From the NCBI GenBank assembly GCA_040384725.1, contig JAZKIS010000004.1, forward strand, positions 1,256-65,255: a stretch of DNA of 64,000 nucleotides, in the 5' to 3' direction. The notes below the pieces were generated by a model, which was given only the letters and a program-made list of their open reading frames with translations, was not told where the DNA came from and made no database searches. Within the stretch, counting starts at the first letter, position 1, and each line of letters opens with the position of its first letter. Made by a program: the position numbers and the translations under genes. Of the stretch, positions 18,656 to 28,740 are shown piece by piece. The stretch is from Patescibacteria group bacterium (lineage in GTDB: Bacteria > Patescibacteriota > Minisyncoccia > Phycocordibacterales > Phycocordibacteraceae).

Positions 18656-21043
18656 CTATTTGAGGTATTCGGCAGCTTCAAGCGGCGTGAGCGCATCTGC
18701 GTCCTGGCTCTCAGGTAGATAGATTCGTCGGAGACCTTTCTTAAGAAAGAGACCGGCCTTTGATTTGTAGAGCGTCAACGTCTTTCCGGTCTTAGGGTGC
18801 TTGCCGATCTCACGTACCAGGTCGACGCCCTTCGGCGGACGCTTCGGTTCGGCAAGGATCTCGATCGCGCGATCGAGCGTGACCGTGTACGGCTCATCCG
18901 CGCCCTTGAGCGAACGGAACTCGCCATCGTGCCCGATGTAGGGACCGAACCTGCCGACGTTCGCGATAACCGGCTTCCCAGTCCCAGGGTGGTTGCCCAG
19001 GTCGCGCGGAAGGGAAAGGAAGTGAAGTGCATCAGCAAGCGTCACTGAAGAGAGGTCCGTTCCTGGTGGGATGCTCGCGCGCTTCAATGCCTTCTTCGGA
19101 CGTCCGCGTACCTTCTTAGGCTTGCCTGCCTTTGTAAGCTCAACCGGAGCTTCGACCTCAGGAAGCTCCATCTCGACATACGGTCCGTATCGTCCGGTCT
19201 TCACGAATATAGGAGCACCTGTTACAGGATCCGTTCCGATAGGCTCGTCGCCCTTGAGCTCTAATCCGTCTTCCTGTCGTGCGCCTTCGCACTCCGGATA
19301 GCGCGTACAGCTCATGAACACGCCGCCGCGTCCGAGCTTGAACTCCATCGCAGCGCCGCACAAGGGGCACGGGAACTCTTCTGGTACTGGGCCGAGCGAG
19401 GTAGCTTTCGGAAGCTTGTCTTTCGACGCAACCGCCTTTGAGAATGGTCCGTAGAAGTCGGTAAGGGTCGCTTCGTATCCGCGCTCGCCGCGCGCGATCT
19501 CGTCGAGCTCGTCCTCCATCTCGGCGGTGAACGAGTCAGAGATGTATTCCGCGAAATGCTCCTCGAGCCATCCTGACACAACCATGCCGGTTGCCGTCGG
19601 TGTGAGGGTGCGTCCGGTCTTCTCGACGTAGCCGCGGTCCTGGATCGTCTTCATGATGCTCGCGTAGGTCGAAGGCCTGCCGATGCCGCGCTTCTCGAGC
19701 TCCTTAACGAGCCCTGCCTCGGTATAGCGGTTGGGCGGTTCGGTCTGCTTCTCGAGAGACCCGAGAGAGATAAGTGTAAGCGGTTCTCCTTCGCTGAGTT
19801 TCGGCAACTCAACGTCCTCGCCGCGTGCGCGCGTATCGCACGCGAGCCATCCGGGGAACACGACGCGCGATCCGTTTCCTGAGAAGAGCGGGATATCGGC
19901 ATCCGCCTTTGCCTTTACGCTCGTACGGAGCATCTGTGCAGGCTTCATCTGGCTCGCGAGCGCGCGAGTGCGGATCAGTGCGTAGAGATTCTGCTCGTCT
20001 CCGGTCGCGCCGGCTGTAACGCGCGTTGGATCGGTTGGGCGCACCGCTTCGTGCGCTTCCTGCGCGTTCTTGCTCTTGGTCTTATACACATGCATCTCGG
20101 CATAGTCTTTCCCGAATTCTTTCTCGACGGTCTGAACCAGGACGGCAATCGCGTCCTTTGAGAGATTCACGGAGTCCGTACGCATATAGGTTATGTGTCC
20201 AGCCTCGTAGAGCTTCTGTGCGGCACGCATCGCGCGGCTCGGGGAGAGACCGAGACGTGTCGAGCCTGCCTGCTGCAGGGTGGATGTCGTGAACGGAGGG
20301 CGTGGCTGGCGCTCTTCGGCGCGTTCCTTCACTTCAGCGACCGTCCAGGATGCCGTGCGACCGAGCGTAACGATACGCTCCGCTTCTTCAGCGGTCTTCG
20401 GTTCCTCGACGCAGCTCGCCGGGAACTCCGCCTTCGCCTGCTTGGTGTCAGCCTTGAATACTGCATCAAGCGTGAAGTAGGTCTCAGGAATGAACGCCTT
20501 GATCTCGCGCTCGCGCTCGGCAAGGATCCGGAGGGCAGGGGACTGCACGCGGCCTGCGGACAATCCGTACCGTACCTTTTTCCAGATGAGTCCCGAGAGG
20601 TCGTATCCTACGAGACGGTCGAGCACGCGCCGTGCTTCCTGTGCACGACGTAGATGTTCATCGATTGCACGCGGGTGCCGGAGTGCCTCTTCTACCGCTG
20701 CCTTGGTGATCTCATGGAAGACGACGCGCTGCGGCTTCTTGAGGCCCACCGCCTCCTTCACGTGCCAGGCGATCGCCTCGCCTTCGCGGTCCGGGTCAGT
20801 TGCGAGGAACACCTCGTCAGCGCGTGCTGCCGCTTTCTGTATCTTCTCGATAACCTCGCGCTTGTCAGGGGATATAACGTAGCGGGGAACGAAGCCGTCC
20901 TCGATGTCGACCGCGTCCTTATTGCTCTTCGGCAGGTCGCGGACGTGGCCTACGGACGCAAGCACCTCGTAGTCCTTTCCGAGGTACTGCTGGATGGTGC
21001 GCGCCTTCGCGGGCGACTCTACGATGAGAAGTCTCTTTGCCAT
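18656..21043 (-). CDS. topA: DNA topoisomerase I
   Basis: 795 aa; Toprim N-terminus (LLIVESPAKARTI), catalytic Tyr region (HITYMRTDS), C-terminal zinc ribbons and a Lys-rich tail. Confidence 0.92.
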   Translation of the reverse strand: MAKRLLIVESPAKARTIQQYLGKDYEVLASVGHVRDLPKSNKDAVDIEDGFVPRYVISPDKREVIEKIQKAAARADEVFLATDPDREGEAIAWHVKEAVGLKKPQRVVFHEITKAAVEEALRHPRAIDEHLRRAQEARRVLDRLVGYDLSGLIWKKVRYGLSAGRVQSPALRILAEREREIKAFIPETYFTLDAVFKADTKQAKAEFPASCVEEPKTAEEAERIVTLGRTASWTVAEVKERAEERQPRPPFTTSTLQQAGSTRLGLSPSRAMRAAQKLYEAGHITYMRTDSVNLSKDAIAVLVQTVEKEFGKDYAEMHVYKTKSKNAQEAHEAVRPTDPTRVTAGATGDEQNLYALIRTRALASQMKPAQMLRTSVKAKADADIPLFSGNGSRVVFPGWLACDTRARGEDVELPKLSEGEPLTLISLGSLEKQTEPPNRYTEAGLVKELEKRGIGRPSTYASIMKTIQDRGYVEKTGRTLTPTATGMVVSGWLEEHFAEYISDSFTAEMEDELDEIARGERGYEATLTDFYGPFSKAVASKDKLPKATSLGPVPEEFPCPLCGAAMEFKLGRGGVFMSCTRYPECEGARQEDGLELKGDEPIGTDPVTGAPIFVKTGRYGPYVEMELPEVEAPVELTKAGKPKKVRGRPKKALKRASIPPGTDLSSVTLADALHFLSLPRDLGNHPGTGKPVIANVGRFGPYIGHDGEFRSLKGADEPYTVTLDRAIEILAEPKRPPKGVDLVREIGKHPKTGKTLTLYKSKAGLFLKKGLRRIYLPESQDADALTPLEAAEYLK

Positions 21044-21080
21044 GTGTATCTCAACACATACCGCGCATACCTATATATGG

Positions 21081-21899
21081 TCAAGCGCGGGGTATGCGTG
21101 AAACTCGTGCAGCAAGCTCTACGAAAACAGGATTATGATCGGAACCATAGCGCTCATACACCACAGAAGCGGCTGCAATCTCGAGGGATTCAGACACTAG
21201 TATGTGGTCAAGCTGGCATCGAGTAGTTTGGTGCGTGCAGAGGCCTCTCAAGGGGTTCTGCAGACCTATATGGGCGAAGAACCGCTCAGCCCATATACGT
21301 TCCCTCCATGGCATCAGCGTATCAAGGACGGTCGCTCCGAAGAACCATGCAGGAAGCGCTACGCGATACGTATCAAAGATATTAAAGTCGCCAGCCATGA
21401 TGGCGGGCCTGGTCTGATCGTACTTCGCGCGTACCGAATCAAGCTCAATCCGTCGAGCAGCTGGACTATGGATGGTGAGGTGGAGCGAGTAAACCTGGGT
21501 AGGTCCGATGTCGGGAATATCGATCCAGGCGAGGAGGTGGCGCCTGTTTCCGGTACTCCTGGTCCAGCGCCAGATGCGAAGGAAGCGTAACAGGTTCGTT
21601 GCAATGCGCTCGCGTAGAATTGGACGCAGGAACCAGTTCGGTACTTCGATCTCTTCGTGCGATTCGATCGGATAGCGGGACAGGATAACGGACAAGGTCT
21701 GGTGGGGTGCTCCGTCTTTCCGCGCATAGGTATATTCGACCGCGCTTGCCAGCTCATACGGCAAGCTTCGCAATTGCGCCATAAACTCTCCGGGCACTTC
21801 CTGAAGGCAAAGGATGTCGAAATCCAAAGCGCGCAAGAACGCGAACGCTTCGTCGAGACGCTTGTTCTCAAAAAGAATGTTCCAGGAATAGATCCTCAT
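21081..21899 (-). CDS. endonuclease/exonuclease/phosphatase (EEP) family protein
   Basis: MRIYSWNILFEN...DFDILCLQEV is the EEP signature; overlaps the dprA stop by 4 nt. Confidence 0.75.
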   Translation of the reverse strand: MRIYSWNILFENKRLDEAFAFLRALDFDILCLQEVPGEFMAQLRSLPYELASAVEYTYARKDGAPHQTLSVILSRYPIESHEEIEVPNWFLRPILRERIATNLLRFLRIWRWTRSTGNRRHLLAWIDIPDIGPTQVYSLHLTIHSPAARRIELDSVRAKYDQTRPAIMAGDFNIFDTYRVALPAWFFGATVLDTLMPWRERIWAERFFAHIGLQNPLRGLCTHQTTRCQLDHILVSESLEIAAASVVYERYGSDHNPVFVELAARVSRIPRA

Positions 21900-22579
21900 A
21901 CCCCTCCTGTTAAAGGATCAAAACCGAGCGTCTCAAGGATATCTTCGGAACTCGTTATGAGTTCCGCGCCAAGCCTGATGAACATATGCGGCCCTTCGCT
22001 GTTGGTGTCGTCGATGCGGTGCGGTACGCACATGAGGTCGCGACTGTACTCGCTCGCAAGGCGCGCGGTTATGAGCGTTCCGGAGCGCTCTCCTGCTTCG
22101 ATAACCAGGACCGCATCAGCCATGCCAACCATGATGCGATTCCTTGAAGGGAAGTACTGCGGGCGCGCGGTCGTGTCTGGCTCGTGTTCCGAGAGGAGCG
22201 CGCCGCCCGCGAGCAGGATCTCCTTCGCGAGTCCGAGATTTGTCTGCGGCGCTATGGCCTTGTCACTGAGTCCGGACCCTGGAATAGCGATGGTATGGAG
22301 TCCCGCGGCTAGCGCTGCACGATGCGCACAAGCATCAGTGCCTAACGCGAGTCCTGAGACTATTGCTATAGGGTACCCTGAGAGGCCCTGGATAAGTTTC
22401 TCGCATGCCGCTTCGCCGTACGGGGTGAGGGCACGCGAGCCGACTACCACGAGCTTCTTCGTATCCTTCGGTGGGAGCGTTCCGCGCAGCCATAGCGCTT
22501 GTGGAGGCTGCGGTATCTCATTGAGTGCGCCGATACCCTCACTCGCGTATGCGCCCTGCACGATAGTGCGGATATCCAT
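21896..22579 (-). CDS. dprA: DNA processing protein DprA (Rossmann domain only)
   Basis: VVVGSRALTPYGEAACEKL...IAIVSGLALGTDACAHRAALAAGLHTIAIPGSGL. Start taken at MDIRTIV, which has TATATAT just upstream; the six-frame ORF extends to 22705. Confidence 0.8.
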   Translation of the reverse strand: MDIRTIVQGAYASEGIGALNEIPQPPQALWLRGTLPPKDTKKLVVVGSRALTPYGEAACEKLIQGLSGYPIAIVSGLALGTDACAHRAALAAGLHTIAIPGSGLSDKAIAPQTNLGLAKEILLAGGALLSEHEPDTTARPQYFPSRNRIMVGMADAVLVIEAGERSGTLITARLASEYSRDLMCVPHRIDDTNSEGPHMFIRLGAELITSSEDILETLGFDPLTGGV

Positions 22580-22907
22580 ATATATAAGTATGCGGCATGC
22601 GTGCAAAGGGAAAGGGGTCGTGACGGTATAACCGGCACGACCCCTTCGATCATCGCCCGTCGCGTGGGAACACGCTCCGTCCGGCAGACTGGCGCTGATA
22701 GTCAAGAATTCTCCCTTTCTCTTCGGGAGACAGCGCCCGAAAGCTCGCTGCTGCTTGACTCAAGACCTGATCGAACTCAGGATCCTGGTTCCGCGAAAGC
22801 ATCATTCTCCTGCGTGGCATCGAGTACCCTTTCCTCTCCCAACGTCTAAGTCAAAGATACCATGCCATCCCTTTTCGGTAGGGGGATACTGCCGTATAGT
22901 GCTAGGA

Positions 22908-24176
22908 ATGCTCGATATCCATTTCATCCGGGAGAACGCGGACGTGATTAAGATGGGTGCTGCTAAGAAGCACATCGCTATTGATATCGACCGTCTCCTT
23001 GCGGTTGACGACGAGCGTAAGTCGCTCCGCCAGCAACTCGACAGCAAGCGTGCGGAACAGAATCACGCGAGTCGCACTATCGCGCTCTCAAGCGGCGAAG
23101 AGAAAGAGAAGCTACTCGAGGCGATGCGCTTCGTAAAGGAAGGGATGCAGGAACTTGATGAGAAGCATAAGGCCGTGATGGAGGAGTGGCAGAAGCTCAT
23201 GCTCATGGTTCCGAACATTCCGGACATGACCGTGCCGGAAGGAGAGAGCGATGCGGATAACCAGGAAGTGAAGAAATGGGGAGAACCGAAGGAATTCTCC
23301 TTCGCGCCCAAAGATCATGTTGAGCTCATGACGAAGGCCGGCATGGCTGATTTCGAACGCGGTACGAAAGTCGCGGGATTCCGCGGATACTTCCTAAAAG
23401 GAGACGGCGTGCTTCTTTCGAACGCTGTCTGGCAGCTCGCGCTGAAGCACTTCGCCGCGAAAGGTCTCGAGCCGATGATCGTGCCGTCCTTGGTGCGTCG
23501 CGAAGCGTTCATGGGAACCGGGTACCTGCCGCAGGGGGAGGAGGATCTGTATAAGACGCAGGATGGCGAGTTCCTCGCAGGCACCGCAGAGGTCGCGACG
23601 ATGGGGTACTACATGGATGAGACCCTCGATAAGAACATACTTCCGGCGAAGTTCCTTTCCTTCTCGCCCTGCTTCAGGCGCGAGGCGGGCGCGCACGGGA
23701 AGGATGTCCGCGGTCTCATACGCGTGCACGAGTTCTATAAGTGGGAGCAGGTCGTGCTGTGCGAAGCCTCGCACGAGGAATCCGTGAAGATGCACGAATG
23801 GCTGAACCGCAACACCGAGGAGTTCATCGAGCTTCTCAACATCCCGTATCACACCGTGGTCAACTGCGGAGGAGACCTCGGACTCGGCCAGGTGAAGAAG
23901 TACGACATCGAGCTCTGGGTGCCGGGCGAAGGGAAGTACCGCGAGATCAGCTCCGCTTCCTATTTCCATGATTTCCAGACACGGCGCCTCAACATCCGCT
24001 ATCGCGCGGAAGACGGCACGATGAAGTTCCCGCACTCCTTGAACTCGACCGCAATCCCGACGCCGCGTATCCTCGTCTCTATCATTGAGAACTATCAGCA
24101 GGAAGACGGAACGATCCGTGTTCCTGAAGCACTCGTCCCGTATGTCGGCAAAGAAATCCTGGGACATCGCGCCTAA
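22908..24176 (+). CDS. serS: seryl-tRNA synthetase
   Basis: N-terminal coiled coil and class II core (FRREAGAHGKDVRGLIRVHEF, GLGQVKKYDIELWVPG); start at MLDIHFIREN with TATAGT 10 nt upstream. Confidence 0.9.
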   Translation: MLDIHFIRENADVIKMGAAKKHIAIDIDRLLAVDDERKSLRQQLDSKRAEQNHASRTIALSSGEEKEKLLEAMRFVKEGMQELDEKHKAVMEEWQKLMLMVPNIPDMTVPEGESDADNQEVKKWGEPKEFSFAPKDHVELMTKAGMADFERGTKVAGFRGYFLKGDGVLLSNAVWQLALKHFAAKGLEPMIVPSLVRREAFMGTGYLPQGEEDLYKTQDGEFLAGTAEVATMGYYMDETLDKNILPAKFLSFSPCFRREAGAHGKDVRGLIRVHEFYKWEQVVLCEASHEESVKMHEWLNRNTEEFIELLNIPYHTVVNCGGDLGLGQVKKYDIELWVPGEGKYREISSASYFHDFQTRRLNIRYRAEDGTMKFPHSLNSTAIPTPRILVSIIENYQQEDGTIRVPEALVPYVGKEILGHRA

Positions 24177-24234
24177 GGCGCGCGCAAGGCAACCGGAACC
24201 CGCGAAGACACAATCTTCGCGGCCGGCGCGTTCT

Positions 24235-25149
24235 ATGGATATGCACGCGCGTCCGCGCGTAGCTGTTCCCGTCCAGGCATCGGTACCGGTATCGAAAAGG
24301 AACGTGGCGATTCCGCGGGCAAAGAAGCAGCGCGCTGAATCGCGCGAGCCCTTGAAGAAGCGTCGTAAGAAGACTCAGAAAGCGTTCTTCATTGTCGTAG
24401 GAGTACTGATCCTGATCCTTATTGCAGCGTTCTTCTATATCGCCTGGCTCCCTGCGTTCCGTATTGCGAGCGTAACGGCTACGGGTCCGCATGCCGAAGA
24501 GGCAAAACAGCTTGCGCAGCGCACGCTCGAGGGAACGCATGCATTCGTGCTGCCGCGCAATTCGCTGTTCTTTATCCCGGAGAACGACGTGCGTGCACGT
24601 ATCCTTGCCGAGTATCCCGATGTCGAGGCGGTATCGATTTCAGCTTCGGGCCTTACGCAGCTTTCCATAACAACCTTGCCACGCGCAGAAGCATTCGTAT
24701 GGTGCGGCGCATCTCCTGAGCTTGCTGAGAGTCAGTGCTACAGCGCGAACGCAGAAGGGCTGATCTTCGCGCCGGTTCCGCTTGAGGTTTCTTCTACTTC
24801 CGAAGCGCTCCGCATATTCTCAGCCGTAGAAGGCAGGGGGGGCGCAACTCCTGTTACTGCGCGCATTAGCTACGCGTCTCGCATACCGGAAGCGCTCCGG
24901 TTCATCAAGGCCATACAGACGCTCGGGGCGGATGTCGTATCGGTCTCCTTCCGTGCGGACGAGGCGGATCTCTATACCGAGGCTGGGACCCGCATCACCT
25001 ACGTCCTCGGGCGCGAACAAGAGGCGGCGGGTATCGCAGCGAGCGTGTTCCCGCAGCTTTCTTTGAATGATGGCTCAGTTTCCTACGTTGATCTACGGTT
25101 CTCCGGGAAAGCCTATTTCAAGAGAGCGAACGAGGCGCCGAGCGAGTAG
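24235..25149 (+). CDS. FtsQ/DivIB-like cell division protein (POTRA)
   Basis: Basic N-terminus, one TM helix (FFIVVGVLILILIAAFFYIAWL), then a POTRA-like pattern. An alternative start at 24142 would overlap serS. Confidence 0.55.
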   Translation: MDMHARPRVAVPVQASVPVSKRNVAIPRAKKQRAESREPLKKRRKKTQKAFFIVVGVLILILIAAFFYIAWLPAFRIASVTATGPHAEEAKQLAQRTLEGTHAFVLPRNSLFFIPENDVRARILAEYPDVEAVSISASGLTQLSITTLPRAEAFVWCGASPELAESQCYSANAEGLIFAPVPLEVSSTSEALRIFSAVEGRGGATPVTARISYASRIPEALRFIKAIQTLGADVVSVSFRADEADLYTEAGTRITYVLGREQEAAGIAASVFPQLSLNDGSVSYVDLRFSGKAYFKRANEAPSE

Positions 25150-25191
25150 TACAAAAAATGCCGGCGCAGAGGGGTGAGTCTCATGCGCCGG

Positions 25192-25656
25192 TTAGGCTGC
25201 CTTCTTCTGGTCGGGAACGAGTCCGTGCTTCTGAATGAGCCTGCGGTGCAGTCCCATGAAGTTTTTCATACGTCGGTACGTGCTGAGGGAAATCACGGTG
25301 ACTTCCTCATCGCGATCGATCGAGTACAGCTCGGTATCGTCCGTCACCTCAGCATCCGCAGCGAAGAGATAGAGTTCGTAGTAGTGCTTCTGTCTCTTTC
25401 GCTGGCCTTTCCGTTGCTTCATGGCGATGCGCGGGATATGGTCGAGTTCCGTCAGGGAATCCTCCAGGATGCGTACCCTGGTCTCTTCCCGGAGCTCGCG
25501 ACGCGCGGTTTCTATTTGGGAAAGCTCGAATGGCTCTCGCTTGCCTCCTGGCAGATGCCAGGGTCCCCACGTCCCGTCCTTCTTTCGCTTGCGCACCGCG
25601 AGAATGCCTCGCATGCCACGCACGAAGACGACGACAGACCAGTCGAATGTCAGCAT
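25192..25656 (-). CDS. NUDIX hydrolase
   Basis: Nudix box LPGGKREPFELSQIETARRELREETRV. Confidence 0.8.
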   Translation of the reverse strand: MLTFDWSVVVFVRGMRGILAVRKRKKDGTWGPWHLPGGKREPFELSQIETARRELREETRVRILEDSLTELDHIPRIAMKQRKGQRKRQKHYYELYLFAADAEVTDDTELYSIDRDEEVTVISLSTYRRMKNFMGLHRRLIQKHGLVPDQKKAA

Positions 25657-25762
25657 CGCCTTCTCCTCTGGCTGCCGGCGTTCCTGTTTGGAACTTCTAG
25701 CGAAACTTTACTGCAGGCAATCTATATTGTCGAATAAAGCATGGAACGGTAGGATAGCGCGT

Positions 25763-26737
25763 ATGGAATCGTTCTGGACCGGGCTCTCGAAGCCCTTTTT
25801 TGTACTCGCGCCTATGGCGGACGTGACGGACGCTGCGTACCGGAAACTCATAGCAGCTAAAGGGAAGCCGCACGTAACCTGGACGGAGTTCGTCTCTGCC
25901 GACGGCTTGTACTACACCCGCGAGAAGAAGGACATCCCGGACCATGAGAACCCGCTCATGCGGGATCTCCAGTTCACGGACGCCGAGCGCCCTATCGTCG
26001 CGCAGCTCTTCTCCTCGAACCCGGAGACCATGCGCTACGCGGCCAAGCTCTGCAAAGAGCTCGGATTCGACGGCATCGATATAAACATGGGATGCCCTGA
26101 CAAATCCATCGAGAAGCAGGGGTGCGGCGCAGCCATGATAAAGAATCCCGAGAAGGCCAGAGAGATTATCGCTGCCGCGCGCGAAGCGGGACTTCCAGTC
26201 TCCGTGAAGACGCGTATCGGCTACAACACTGAGAATATCGACGAATGGATCGCGATGCTTCTCGGAGAGAATCTCCCTGCGCTCACGGTCCATCTTCGTA
26301 CGCGCAAAGAGATGTCGAACGTTCCGGCGCACTGGGATCTCATGCCTCGCATCGTTGCGCTTCGCGATAGCATTGCGCCTCAGACTCGCCTCATCGGAAA
26401 CGGCGACGTCGTGGACCTCAAGGACGCCGAGAAGAAGGTACGTACGAGCGGCTGCGACGCGGCGATGATCGGGCGCGGCATCTTCGGGAATCCGTGGGTG
26501 TTCGCGGGGCGCGCACTTGAGGATACGACACCCGCTGAGCGGCTCGAGGCTCTCATCGAGTTCGCGCGTGCGTTCGAAGCCATGAAGCCAGCCAAGTCCT
26601 TCCATTTGGTGCGTAAGCACGTAAAGGCGTTCGCCACGGGCTTCGAGGGAGCCGCTGAGCTCCGTGCGAAGCTTATGGACACCTCCTCCGCTTCCGCTAT
26701 GGAGGGCGTGCTCCGCGAGCATGCACTCCTGGTATAA
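25763..26737 (+). CDS. dus: tRNA-dihydrouridine synthase
   Basis: FVLAPMADVTDAAYRKL...DGIDINMGCP is the Dus signature. Start at MESFWTG; the upstream ATG at 25741 is followed by a stop three codons later. Confidence 0.85.
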   Translation: MESFWTGLSKPFFVLAPMADVTDAAYRKLIAAKGKPHVTWTEFVSADGLYYTREKKDIPDHENPLMRDLQFTDAERPIVAQLFSSNPETMRYAAKLCKELGFDGIDINMGCPDKSIEKQGCGAAMIKNPEKAREIIAAAREAGLPVSVKTRIGYNTENIDEWIAMLLGENLPALTVHLRTRKEMSNVPAHWDLMPRIVALRDSIAPQTRLIGNGDVVDLKDAEKKVRTSGCDAAMIGRGIFGNPWVFAGRALEDTTPAERLEALIEFARAFEAMKPAKSFHLVRKHVKAFATGFEGAAELRAKLMDTSSASAMEGVLREHALLV

Positions 26738-26745
26738 TCGGTCTC

Positions 26746-27777
26746 ATGGCACATCAGTCTCTGTATCGCGCATATCGCCCCTCTACCTTCAAGGACGTCA
26801 TCGGCCAAGACCAGGTGGTGACACCACTCGAGGATCAGATTAGAAGCGGGAAGGTAGGACACGCATATCTCTTCGCAGGCTCTCGAGGTCTCGGCAAGAC
26901 TTCTATCGCGCGCATATTCGCGCGGGCGCTCAAGACTGACGAACGGGATATCGTCGAGCTCGATGCGGCGTCGAACAACGGCGTCGACGAAGTACGGGCA
27001 CTGAACGAGAGCGTGCACACGCTCCCGTATAACTCAGAGCGGAAGGTCTACATCCTTGACGAGGCGCACATGCTCTCGAAGAGCGCCTGGAATGCTTTTC
27101 TGAAGACGCTTGAGGAGCCTCCTCCACATGTGGTTATTATCCTTGCGACCACCGAGCTCGAGAAGGTGCCGGAAACCGTCCGCTCCCGCTGCCAGGTATT
27201 CCAGTTCAAGAAGCCGACGCGCACAGGACTCGCGAAGCTCGTACTCGATGTTGCCAAGAAGGAAGGCTACGTGATCGAGCTTGCCGCAGCTGACCTTATC
27301 GGCATGCTCGGTGACGGCTCGTATCGCGACGCGCTCTCCGTGCTCGAGAAGGCGCTCGCATCAAGCTCGGACAAGAAGCTCACGCGCGAGGACGCGGAGA
27401 AAGCGACGGGAGCACCGCGTCATGCGCTCGTACACGGACTCGTGTCTGCGCTTTCAGAAGGGAATGAAGCGAATGCGCTTAGCCTGATCCGCACGGTCTC
27501 AGAGCAGGGCATCGATATGCCGCTCTATCTAGCCCTCGTGCTCGAGTACATACGGCAGGTTCTCCTCCTTCGCCACGCGCCAGAGCTCGTTAAAGAGATT
27601 CAGGAAGAGCTTGGCGAGGATACGTATGCCGAAGCCTCAGGTCTCGCGTCAGCAAAGGAGTCGCGGCTCTCACACGAGACGCTCCGTACGTTCCTTGATG
27701 CGGCAAGCCGTATGCGTTTCTCGCCGGTGCCGTCGCTTCCTCTTGAGCTCGCTGTCCTTGAGCTCGCGCGCGCATAA
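26746..27777 (+). CDS. dnaX: DNA polymerase III subunit gamma/tau (ATPase core only)
   Basis: HAYLFAGSRGLGKTSIARIFA Walker A and the SRCQ box; 343 aa. Confidence 0.88.
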   Translation: MAHQSLYRAYRPSTFKDVIGQDQVVTPLEDQIRSGKVGHAYLFAGSRGLGKTSIARIFARALKTDERDIVELDAASNNGVDEVRALNESVHTLPYNSERKVYILDEAHMLSKSAWNAFLKTLEEPPPHVVIILATTELEKVPETVRSRCQVFQFKKPTRTGLAKLVLDVAKKEGYVIELAAADLIGMLGDGSYRDALSVLEKALASSSDKKLTREDAEKATGAPRHALVHGLVSALSEGNEANALSLIRTVSEQGIDMPLYLALVLEYIRQVLLLRHAPELVKEIQEELGEDTYAEASGLASAKESRLSHETLRTFLDAASRMRFSPVPSLPLELAVLELARA

Positions 27778-28694
27778 TGCTGAAGAACCTAAAACCCGTC
27801 TTCGCCTATCTCCTGCCGGTCCTTGTGGTTGGGCTCGTTGCTCAGGCAGCACTTAAGACGGACGATCTTTCAACCCTCAATCCGTTCTATAAGCCGTGCG
27901 CAGAACCGCTCGCGTACGCCACAGAGAGGTATGACGAGCGCTTCGGCGTCTCTGAAGAAGAGTTCGCTGCAGCCGTAACGGAGGCAGCGGCGCTCTGGAA
28001 CGATGCGGCGGGAACCGAGGTTCTTGCGGTTAGTAGCGAGCCTTCTATAACGGTCGGCATGCTCTATGACGAGCGCCAACGTGCGGTTGAGCTCGGCGAG
28101 ACCATTGGCGGAGAGCAGAGCGCGTATGATTCCATGAAAAGGGAGGTTGAGAAGCTGAACGATAGGTTCGTCTCGCTCCGCACGTCGCATGAAGCGAAGA
28201 CTGCTTCCTTTGAACGGGACGTACGCAAATACGAAGAGGACGTTCAGATGTGGAATGCGCGGGGAGGTGCGCCGCCTGCAGTCTATGAGGAGCTCGAAGC
28301 GAAGAAGCGGGAGCTCGAGCGACGGAAGAAGACGCTCGATGCGGAGGTGGCAACGCTTAATAGCCTTATCGTTTCCATCCAGGAACGTGTCACCGAGCTA
28401 AACCTGCTTGCAAAGCAGACGAACGAGAAGGTGAATACGTATAACAAGACCCTCGGTCACGATTTCGATCAGGGAAACTACGTGGAAGATGAGGCAGGAA
28501 GACGTATAACTATCTTCACGTTCCAGGATCGTTCAGAGCTGAAGCGCGTACTTGCGCATGAGTTCGGGCATGCGCTCGGTATCGGGCACCTAACCGATGC
28601 GGGCGCCATTATGTATTCCTACAACATCGGGAATGAGCTGATCCTCACCCTAGGCGACGTAGCGGCGTTAAAAGAAGTCTGCAAGCTTAAGTAG
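27777..28694 (+). CDS. secreted zinc metalloprotease (metzincin/matrixin-like) with coiled-coil insertion
   Basis: Signal/TM N-terminus; HEFGHALGIGH zinc-binding motif and a downstream Met-turn-like IMYSY; ~150-aa charged coiled-coil insert. Start overlaps the dnaX stop (TAATG). Confidence 0.65.
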   Translation: MLKNLKPVFAYLLPVLVVGLVAQAALKTDDLSTLNPFYKPCAEPLAYATERYDERFGVSEEEFAAAVTEAAALWNDAAGTEVLAVSSEPSITVGMLYDERQRAVELGETIGGEQSAYDSMKREVEKLNDRFVSLRTSHEAKTASFERDVRKYEEDVQMWNARGGAPPAVYEELEAKKRELERRKKTLDAEVATLNSLIVSIQERVTELNLLAKQTNEKVNTYNKTLGHDFDQGNYVEDEAGRRITIFTFQDRSELKRVLAHEFGHALGIGHLTDAGAIMYSYNIGNELILTLGDVAALKEVCKLK

Positions 28695-28740
28695 CTTGCA
28701 GCGGAGGTGTTTTGCAGGCAGGATTAACCGTGTGCGCATT

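Noticed and set aside
21896-22705. Longer DprA ORF starting at 22705.
   Set aside because: The upstream 42 codons are Gly/Arg/Ala-rich and unlike DprA N-termini. The internal ATG at 22579 is immediately preceded by TATATAT, like other starts here. Kept only as an alternative.
24085-24234. Upstream extension of the FtsQ-like ORF (start at 24085 or 24142) overlapping the serS 3' end.
   Set aside because: The first 19 codons (MRTISRKTERSVFLKHSSR) lie entirely inside serS and are rejected. A start at 24142, overlapping serS by 35 nt, remains possible; 24235 is preferred as the first in-frame ATG clear of serS, with low certainty.
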